NCBI GenBank assembly: GCA_051942245.1
Contig: JAVECL010000169.1
Span: 1-40,640 of the forward strand
Source: Trypethelium eluteriae
Taxonomy: Eukaryota
Direction: 5' to 3'
DNA: 40,640 bases
Within the stretch, counting starts at the first letter, position 1; the number at the start of each line of letters is the position of its first letter. A program made the position numbers and the translations under genes. Of the stretch, positions 1 through 9,078 are shown in pieces. Under the pieces are notes generated by a model. That model made no database searches, was not told the origin of the DNA, and saw nothing but the letters and a program-made list of their open reading frames with translations.

Positions 1-361
1 CCCCCGGCGCTGCCCCCGTCGCCTCCGCCAACGCGACGCTCGTCGCGCTCGCCAGCAGCGAACTGCTTACGCTATCGCTGACGGTGGTGCCTGCGCTGGT
101 GAGGCTTGAATACAGGACTGAGGCGACGCTGTCAATGGAACTCGCAATGCTGGATGCGCTGGAGGAGCCTGAGGCACCTGAGGTCGAGAGGGAGGACAGG
201 GCGGAAGCGACGGCGGCGGTGATGGCTGGGAGGGGGTCGTTGGAGGTCGAGCCGGTAGTGACGGTGGTGGTTTGGTCGTTGTGGTTGTGGTGCGCGGCGA
301 GGGTGAGGAAGGGGGTGGTGAGGAGGGTGAGGAGGAGGACAGAAGGGGAGGCGAGGTGCAT
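1..361 (-). CDS. Partial small secreted Ser/Thr/Ala-rich protein, probably GPI-anchored or cell-wall; 3' end lies outside the window
   Basis: ATG at 361 opens a stop-free frame to the window edge: MHLASPSVLLLTLLTTPFLTLAAHHNHNDQTTTVTTGSTS...SSLLASATSVALAEATGAAPG. It has a hydrophobic signal-peptide-like N-terminus, a low-complexity S/T/A body and a TGAAP motif of the kind seen before fungal GPI signals. It is absent from the ORF track because there is no stop in the window. Confidence 0.75.
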   Translation of the reverse strand, partial: MHLASPSVLLLTLLTTPFLTLAAHHNHNDQTTTVTTGSTSNDPLPAITAAVASALSSLSTSGASGSSSASSIASSIDSVASVLYSSLTSAGTTVSDSVSSSLLASATSVALAEATGAAPG

Positions 362-1859
362 TTTTGTGGTGGTGGGTTGTCAGAGAGAGACACTCCGAGC
401 GAGGGAGTTGAGGAATTGATGATACGAGGGTTTAGAGGTTTGAAGGATGAGATTTGAATTGGTGAGAGGGAGATAAGTAAAGAGTTACTGGGGAGGTCCG
501 GAGTTGATCGAAGAAATAGAAAGAGAAGTCATGAATTTTGTATGGAGGGATAAAAGCTGTAGAAATATTTCTCTACCTTTGAGCGTTCAAGGTTGTGCTC
601 ATCCGATATATAGACATCTGTAAGTTATCATTGCCTATCTCTATTCATTACAGTCCTAAGAGAATCTTTCAGCAAGGCTAACTCGCTGTAGTAATCTACG
701 CGTTAAGGCTGAGCTAAGTTTGGCCAATGATCATTTAGCCCGCCTAAATTCGAGCAAAGTATGGCCATAGTAGGTATTGTACTGCGACAAATTTACGTCA
801 GTGATCTTCTCGCAAGGGCGCTTCAGCTAATATACTTCAATTTGAGGTGTATGGAGGAAGATGTTGGCAGTACGGAGTACGGTAGGAAGGGTTAGGAAGC
901 TGATGCGAAACGCGTTGTGGAACCCTCATCTCAACTTGGCAAGACACTAATACAACTCGAGTGAGGGTCACGACCAAGCTGACATTTGCCTGCGCAAGGT
1001 AAACTCATCACGGGGCTGTGCTGAGCCGGGACCGTACCTGGCAATTGAAGCCGAGCATGTGAGGCACGTATTCCGTTGGTCCGTCGCGTGCAGTAGGTAC
1101 GGTATGTCGACTGTTGTCCATCCCGCGGTGCCGCAGTGCACGCTTGTTCTGCCACATGGCTGCCGAACTCGGCGGTTTTGCTTACGCCATTGAGTCCAGA
1201 TCGCGTGCAGATAGGAGCGTGACATTTGAGCGGGACTATCGTGTGGCGTAAAACCTCCAGACTGCCATCTTCATAGCCACTCGCGCCACCGATGGATCGT
1301 GCGCGAAAAAATTAACAACCCCCTTTTACAGATTTAGCATAGATGGTGTTGAGTACTCGTGTTCCTCGCATCGACTTTTCCAAAAGCTAGCGTACCAGCC
1401 CTGGCTTTCGTTGTAACCACTCGGCAGTTACAGAAGGGCCGACTCAGGCCATTGTTGAGGAGCATGCAGCGACTGAAGCGAGTAGCCTCATCTGACGACA
1501 GGCCAGTCTGTGACTCCGTCTTTGTGATAATGTCTGTGAATATCTCTCATCAATCGTTGTGACTGTGATGCGGAGTGACGTGTGTTTTCGATGTACAGGA
1601 CCTTGAAAGAATGCAGGATTCTGCAGACAAATCCATTTTGCCGACGAAAGACAAGGATAAAGATGGATGAAGGCGCATTAGTGCTTTGCTTAAACGAGTC
1701 ATGTCTCGACTGGCGATCCTTGATCGCTTGCGACTTGCGACTCAATGGGAAAAGCTTCTTAACGGTTGCTTGTTTCAATTTTTCTGAAACATTAGGGTTA
1801 TATGCATACAAGTCTATACACAGGAGATTCGTTACTACAGTATCAATCAATCACAGCCT

Positions 1860-3129
1860 CTAGACCTTCTTCACAGCGCATAAGCCGCCGTTTTCCATCA
1901 GCTCCATCTCTTCATAGGTCACCTCCACACTTTTGCTTATGATGTTTTGCTGACCTTCCACTGGGCTGTCATCACTGCTCTCCGATCTATCACGCCAACT
2001 CTTGCCAAGGCCACTGCGTTTTGGGGGTTCTCGTGGTTGACCAGTAATCGTAGTCACTGTACCTTGAGGCCGAATTTCGAGATCTGGCCTCAGCTGCCCG
2101 AGGTCGCCTGATCTTCTGCGGATGTAGCCCTGCATCCTCGGAGCAGACCCGCGACCGCCAAGCATCATAGAACTGTCACGGCTATTACTTGTGAGTCCAG
2201 CTCGAATCATGATGCGATTAAAAAGAGGTCGTAGCGTTGCCAAACATCCGGCTCTGCAAATCGTTAGCGAGTTCAAGGTGTAGGGTAGTCATAGAGAAAC
2301 CCACGTGATGCCAATTCCAGGTTCAACAGTAGACCACAAGGCGATACCAGCCGTTGACCATAGAAAATCATCGCTTTGCCTGAGTCCTTCGGTAAAGGGA
2401 ATCCTCACAATCGTTGCGGTGCTTCCAATGGCAGCAAAAGAGAGGATGCCAGCAACAATAGCTTTGATCTTTCTGTTCATTGACAGGTTTCGGACGATGA
2501 AAATAGGGAGAATCCCCAGTGTCCAGTCAGCAATAGTGTTGAGCGCGCCCGCAGTGTAAGTAGCCTTCACCATGGCGTCTGCAGAGAAGCAATGGGGTCC
2601 AGTGTTCGGTCTCAAATTAGCCCACCACTCCGATGGAGGTCGACATTGGAAGATTGCCAGGAATATGTAGAACGTGCCAAAGATAGCGGTTGAGACCATC
2701 ACGAGGCGAATGATCCAGATATGAACCTTGACAACGGCAATCCGTAAGAGGAATTGGCCGATTGCAATCTTAAGAAAGCAGCTACAAGAGATGTAGAAGA
2801 GCTCACAGAACCACCAGAACTGGGACAAACGGGTCAGACAAGAATCGTTTTCACATCCGCGTGCACAGCCATTGACGTACCTTAAGAGCTATCATCGCTT
2901 TGTGTGGTTCAAGATCAACCATATGATGACCGGTACCATTCGCAAGTCCTCCAAGCTGACACACTAGATAGGCGGTAAACAATACCAATGTAACGATCAT
3001 AAGGATGTCATCGGTCCCGAACGACTTGAGCATGACCGCTCTCACATAAACCCGCAGTGAGACGGTGATCCATGTTATTATGAAGAACAAAATATTGACA
3101 GCGAGAATCGAGTGGGCTTTGCTTTCCAT
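1860..3129 (-). CDS. Pth11-like / SAT4-family rhodopsin-domain integral membrane protein (about 7 TM, no CFEM domain)
   Basis: Exons 3129-2881, 2819-2305 and 2253-1860 join in frame through GT..AG introns with CTGAC/CTAAC branch sites. Family motifs present: VSLRVYVR..FGTDD, FLKIAIGQFLLRI, IFQCRP, ADWTLGILPIFIV, WSTVEPGIGITAGCLATLRPLF. Confidence 0.88.
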
Positions 3130-5020
3130 AACAGACCGGGTATCATCCAGCAGACTCCAGATTCCGACACCAAGGGCGAGTAGTAATGGGGTTGAAAGGG
3201 ACGAGGAAGGACTGAAAGAGGATATCAGGGTTTTGAGCCGCGAGATGTATTTCTACATACGGACTGGAGCCGCGCGCATCAGGGCCAAAACGGATGTCGC
3301 CGTCTGGGACAGACAGAATTAATGCTTGACAGAGAAGTGGGGCCATCAGTAGACGCTGCTCAATTGAGACTCATCGGTAGTTGAAACAGCCTTCCATCCC
3401 CAAACTCTAAAATGGCTCGAATGCCCGGGCCTGCTTCTAGTCACAACTGAAGACTGACCAAGGCTTGTGTAGGCTAAGGCCGAGCCAGAGTTGTTCAAGT
3501 TCAATGTCACTGATGAGCGCCCAGGAATTCTCCCCAGCTCTTCCCATCTCATATTCCAAATTAGCTTGTGTGAGTCTAGTCTTTCGTAGCTCCAAGAGGC
3601 TTGGCCGATGGCTTGACATTAGCTACGGGTCAGAAAGGTCTAGTCCAGGGACGAGGAGGCATGATTCCGCCATTCAGGAACGCAGAGAAAACCTAGGCTT
3701 GTTAAATTCCGATTGGCTAAGCTGATGGAGATTGCCGGCAGGGGATTCCTAACCGAGGTATCCGTTTCTGCATGCGAAGTGACTTGCTTGTGACGCACGG
3801 TGGCCTACCGAAGAGTTTGAGATAATCCATTCAGGACTAGGCAGGAAAAGAAGCTCTTTTAGCGAATTGAAAGCGTTGAAATGACGGAGGTTTCGTGGAG
3901 GCCCGGCACCTCATTCGTTATTGCCGTTCTAGCGCCAAAATTTCTCATAGGCAAAATAAGCCAGACGTCGCTCGGAACTTTTGCCTCACTAGAGCCCTTG
4001 GCAGTCAACTGCACAAATGTCGCCCAAGAAGCCGAGTTCCCCAGCACGCGGATCTTGCCATTCTGACAGCTGGTCGCCAAAGGCGTTTCAGAAGCGACGT
4101 AGAAATCTTCAAGCCTCATATCGCTACTGCAATAGAGTTAACCTAAACGGGGGAGATCATGCTGAGGACCAACTTTATCGTCCCTGAGACCACTCAAGCA
4201 GGAATGTCAATCGACATAAGATGAAACGACGTCACGTACCTGCAGCTCTAGGCAAGCAAGAGGGCATGCATATTGCCAAAAGCTCTTGAAACACGGAAAC
4301 TGCATACACTCAGATTCTGGGATAGGGAGATGTCAGACCGTTGCATGGGCTCCGACTCTGGGTAAGATAGCCAGCAGCTGGACTTGCGATTGACTCGGCC
4401 GTTGAAACCAGCTGTCATACTGAGCCTGGGGCTTCTCAAGATGCAGAGATCAGTCCAGACCCAGGATTGTCGTGCTGAAGTAAGGTGTGATTTGAGGGGT
4501 CCCACACCGGCTGCGAGCAACTTGTCGATTGCGCGATCTCCCACCCAACGGGGTGCTTTGTCTGCGCGGCTACACCCTATTGAAGTTGGAGCGGCCGCTC
4601 AAACATAGTGCTAAATCTTATTGAGGCCCTCCCAAATCATATAAGACCCGAACGTCCAGATAGCTCTTTTATACATTCTTATGAGACCAATTGTTCAGTG
4701 TTGAGCCACAATCCAGAGACAATCTTACGTGACAGGGGCTGGGCCAAGTTTCCGCCTCCCGCCACGCCCGCTTTTACGACGTCACGTCCCAGGCTTACGA
4801 GATGTGAAAAGATCCAATGTGTTGTATTGGACTGTAGAATCAGTAGACCTTGTAACTTATCTGCTGCCTAAGTCTTCTCTTGATCTATTAGCTCCTAGAT
4901 TCGAACTCCGAGCCCTATTAGTAGGCACTGGCAATAACATCGAGGCTTTTTGTATCACGTTGACCGCACCTTTTGGAAAGCGGTGTATCACAAACCCACA
5001 GTTCATTGGTCTACTAGAAG

Positions 5021-6136
5021 ATGCCCGAGTCTTTACAAATTGCCCTTCAGAATAGAACAGATTCTGCCCATGTATTTGCATACATCACAGGCATAGCTAT
5101 ACAAAACAATGGAGCTCGAGTGTTGCTCAAAGCCAACGGACAAGACCTCTATTACCCGTCCAATCCACCTGGGATCGGCACTCCCCTCGCTGAGGATTGT
5201 GCCATACCATTAGGTCCACCCGGAAACACAGTCTCAGTAAATATCCCCCAAATCGCCGGCGGCCGTCTCTGGTTCTCCCAAGATAGCAAACTCACCTTCC
5301 TTTTAAACCCCGGCCCCGCCCTTGTCGAACCCTCCGTCCTCAACCCTACCGATCCAAACGCCAATGTTAATTTTGGCTTCTGCGAATTTACCCTCAACAA
5401 CGACCAACTCTTCGCCAACATTAGCTACGTCGATTTCGCCTCGGCAATTCCCATTGCACTCACCCTTGAATCCAAATCCGGCTCCACCCAGCATGTCGCA
5501 GGGACGCCTTCAAACGGTCTCGATCTCATCTGTGACGGCCTCCGCGCACAAGCCCAGCGAGATGGCCAACCCTGGGATAAACTCATCGTAACGAAAGACG
5601 GCAAGCCCTTACGCGCCCTGAATCCGACACACGGCAACGCAGTCGGCGCTTCTTTCGACGGTTACTTCGAGCCATATATCGACGCCGTGTGGGAAAAGTA
5701 TGAGGCCACCTCAGTTCAGATCAATACCCAGGCTGCTCCCGGAGTACTCCCCGGTACTGTGCATCCCTGGAATCAACAACTCATCATAGGTGGCCAACCA
5801 TTCTCCAAGCCCACCACGGCAGACGTTCTGGGCTGTAATTCCGGTCCATTCACCACGGGTCCAGACGCGACGCGGAATGCGATTATACCAAGGCTTGCGG
5901 CGGCGTTTTGTAGGAGTGCGCTGCTGGAGACGGAGCAGCATCCGAGCCCACCAGAGACGTTCTGGAAGGGAGAGAGGACGAATCATTATGCGAGGATTGT
6001 GCATGAGGTGAACAGGGACGGGAAAGGCTATGCGTTCGCGTATGACGACGTGCAGCCGGATGAGGGCGAGGATCAGAGTGGGAAAGTGAACGACGGTAAT
6101 CCGAGGCTGTGGACGGTGACGGTGGGAGGAAGATGA
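5021..6136 (+). CDS. Glycoside hydrolase family 64 beta-1,3-glucanase
   Basis: Single-exon 371-aa ORF with GH64 signatures GGRLWFS, LVEPSV.NPTDPN, FCEFTLN, FANISYVDF, TNHYARIVH and GYAFAYDDV. Confidence 0.9.
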   Translation: MPESLQIALQNRTDSAHVFAYITGIAIQNNGARVLLKANGQDLYYPSNPPGIGTPLAEDCAIPLGPPGNTVSVNIPQIAGGRLWFSQDSKLTFLLNPGPALVEPSVLNPTDPNANVNFGFCEFTLNNDQLFANISYVDFASAIPIALTLESKSGSTQHVAGTPSNGLDLICDGLRAQAQRDGQPWDKLIVTKDGKPLRALNPTHGNAVGASFDGYFEPYIDAVWEKYEATSVQINTQAAPGVLPGTVHPWNQQLIIGGQPFSKPTTADVLGCNSGPFTTGPDATRNAIIPRLAAAFCRSALLETEQHPSPPETFWKGERTNHYARIVHEVNRDGKGYAFAYDDVQPDEGEDQSGKVNDGNPRLWTVTVGGR

Positions 6137-6321
6137 AGCGGGCAGCCGGTGGAGGGGTCGAGCTGGCGGTTCGTAACGTATTCGGAGTATCGCGATCAGG
6201 TAGCTCGGACTTGAGGTATCTGTAATGTGTCAGGTAAACGAAGAACAAAGAGCAATGTGAAGTCAGCAGACATTTGATAGGTGCCTGATACTAATAAAAG
6301 GTAACCCAGCTTGGGAAAATC

Positions 6322-6495
6322 GGATGTGTCCTGAGGTTGATATAGCGATCTGAGCCTATGCCATTGGTAGATTGCCACCGGCTACCTCCGAATGCCCGCC
6401 CATTAGACTGGGCGAGGGCATGACCCGGGTAGATCACCATCGACAGGCACGATGATCGGTCTCCCGCTCAGATTATACCAACCTCAGGACCCACC
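6322..6495. other. Candidate structured element: long closing stem enclosing three hairpins (possible ncRNA, cis-element or MITE relic)
   Basis: GTCCTGAGGTTG (6328-6339) is the exact reverse complement of CAACCTCAGGAC (6479-6490). ATCTGAGC (6348-6355) pairs with GCTCAGAT (6466-6473). Internal hairpins lie at 6366-6386, 6392-6421 and 6427-6465. Confidence 0.5.
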
Positions 6496-9078
6496 AAAAG
6501 ATGGTGGTGAAGGAGAAGGACAGGTTCGAAGACGCGAAGTTGAGAAATTTACATAGAACCACCGTGCACAGACCTCGCCACTGTGTGATTGCGTGAGTCA
6601 ACAGGCAGCAAACAACCTTAGTTGCGGTAAGATTGAGCGATGTGTCTTGTGATGGATGTGTGTCTTGTACTATAGCGTGGTGCTGTGTATCGTACTGGCA
6701 GTTTCGGCCGCCATATAGAGTATCTCACCCACCTCACCCATGAGCCATGACATCACTTCCTTCGCTCACTTCACCAAGGAGTGTAAAATGCAATGTCTGT
6801 GCTACAGTATTCAAGACGGCTTAATCCGTAATCCCGCAAATTCCGGGTCTGTCAATAAATTCTGCCCTAAATTCAAGGAGAAGGATACGCTACAGTATTA
6901 AGAAAGAACTTCAAGAAATTTCCTCGATGCCCTTTTCCAGCTCTTGTTTCCAGCGACCTTCGAGATGCATATGACTTTCAAGTACTGCTGACGTTCGTAG
7001 GTAACTGTCTGGCACTCTGGATGGTCTATCTCGCCTTGTATACGACAGCAGCAGTCAGCTCCCTGAGAGTAGAATAATGGCTGGAGCTGTTCGTGTGAGA
7101 GGATACCATTCATCCTCTTCACCACCCTTCTCGTCCACTTGCACCCCTCACCACCGCCATCGCCTCCCCCGCACCTTTCTCCCCGTCCATCTTCGCCGTA
7201 TCATCCTCCAGCACCTGCTTCTCTATAGCAAACACCTCCTGTTCCGCCATGCTGACGCCGCCAGACGCCGCCCCCTGTCCATTATCGCCGTCCCCGAGCT
7301 CCCACAGCCGCATATCGCAGCCACGCCTCTTCTGAGTAGAGTGCTGTTAGGGATTCGCCGCGCCGAGCCAGGCAGAGCAGAGGTAGAGTAAGTTGAGAGC
7401 TAGCCCGTCAGAGCGCTGGTAGATTCATCGTGTGGTTTTTTCATTCTAAGTTTGAGCTGCCGCTTGCTGATAGACCATACGGTACGGAGTACCTACAAGT
7501 AGGTGTCGAACCTGAGGCTGCACAGAGTAGGTCAGATTCGGTGATTTTGACACCAAGACGAGGTCGTTGTCCAATTATTTTAGGTGTAGTACTAGGCGCA
7601 GGGTGTTTGGTGTCAAGCCTTAATTTCAGAGGTCATCAGACAGACTTCCATAGCCTAGATAGATCTATAGAGTTCTCTGCCATGATGGAGTTGCATCCGA
7701 AGTTAGAAAATAGTCCCCTCTTGCAAAGTTTTCTACGTCGTACCGTGCATCACATTGTGGTGTACTGAGTTGTAGAAGTTGACTGCATGATGAAGGTCGC
7801 TTTGATAACATCAATCGAGCTTTGAATTTGTACGGCGATCATATTAAGACTATGTAAATCCATGCTTAATGACATGAAACCTTTATCCCTAACCGGATCT
7901 CCACCACGAGATGAACGGGCAAGAATCTTTGACAATCCGATCGGTTATTGAGAAGGCCGCAAAAGAAGGGATTCGGACCTACATAAGGTAGATAGCATAG
8001 CCTATACCTATCCATGCGGTATTGGAGTTAGTATACATTAGGCTTGTCTGGCTCGTGTGGGAACTGCTTGGGAGTCGGTGATATGATGCGATAGGAGGCG
8101 TATGATTTGGCTGACCGTAGTGAGACTCCGCTTCGATGACTTCTATCTGGTGAAGTGACACTGCCTTCTGTAAGACGGGAGAATCGTTGCTCAAACGGTG
8201 CAGCTCATCGGCAGGAGAGGATTCAACAAACATCAAATGTGTCTGATCGAAGTGGAAATTTTACAAAGAATTTTCGGGTAACCTTTACCCAGTGAAGTCG
8301 CTTTGATGATAATTTTCATCACGAGGTTTTACTTCATTTGTGCGAGATCTCCTGGCGAGCAATAGCTGAATGATGTTTCATACGTCGATCGAGCGCGAGG
8401 TATCTGTATTGCTCATGAATAGAGTTGACCTGAAGAAAGCTCCTCAGCGACAAAGCGTACAGGGAGATTCGGTTGAGTCGTACAGATGTTTCCCGAGGGG
8501 CAGTGCCGATGTCAAGACGTAAAGTATCTGACGAGTGCAAGGCCTTAAAACAACGCAAGGCGCAGTTGCTCATCCGGGTACATGTGACGAAGCGGCGGTT
8601 CATGAATCGAGCAGAGGACGTGTTCTTGATCAGTCGACCCGTGTTTTTCATAACGGTCGGTGCGTATGACTTGTTTCAGACTCTTAATAATGATATCATG
8701 TTGTCCCGTTCCATGAAGGCTGGTATAGAATAGTGTATTACTGCATCAAGCTTAGGCCATGAGATGGAAACGTTCCATCTAACAATGCCATGAGGATCAA
8801 TAGACCGGAACGAAGGTGGGATTTGACAACGGCATTCGGACGCAGATGTGGTCATTGAAGCTTCTGATCTCGATGTGACTCTAAGAGTTTCAGCTACCTC
8901 CTCACCATTTTCCCCGTTGAACCTCCAGTTTACAGTCTCCGCAGAGGAATGGCCTGCAGCCTTCAATATCTGCATTGAAAATGGTCCCTAGTCACATCTC
9001 CACGCAATTCCATCAGGGGCTCCTCACCACCATTTCCGTCATCACTACAGGATCCCTCGGAGACCTAATTTTTGGCCT

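Noticed and set aside
67..457. ORF-track calls 67-393, 84-419 and 272-457
   Set aside because: These are shadow frames of the real minus-strand gene starting at 361, kept open by low-complexity composition.
1792..1800. TTAGGGTTA, a telomere-like or telomerase-template-like 9-mer
   Set aside because: Single short match inside the expected 3' UTR of the membrane-protein gene, with no array or other TER features.
6313..6323. GGGAAAATCGG resembles RNase P/MRP conserved region I
   Set aside because: I found no complementary CR-V/P4 partner downstream.
6464..6500. GCTCAGATTATAC resembles the fungal TPP riboswitch GCTGAGATTATAC segment
   Set aside because: The invariant UGAGA is broken, the downstream CTTGATC..GGATAATACCAGCG core is absent, and no thiamine gene is adjacent.
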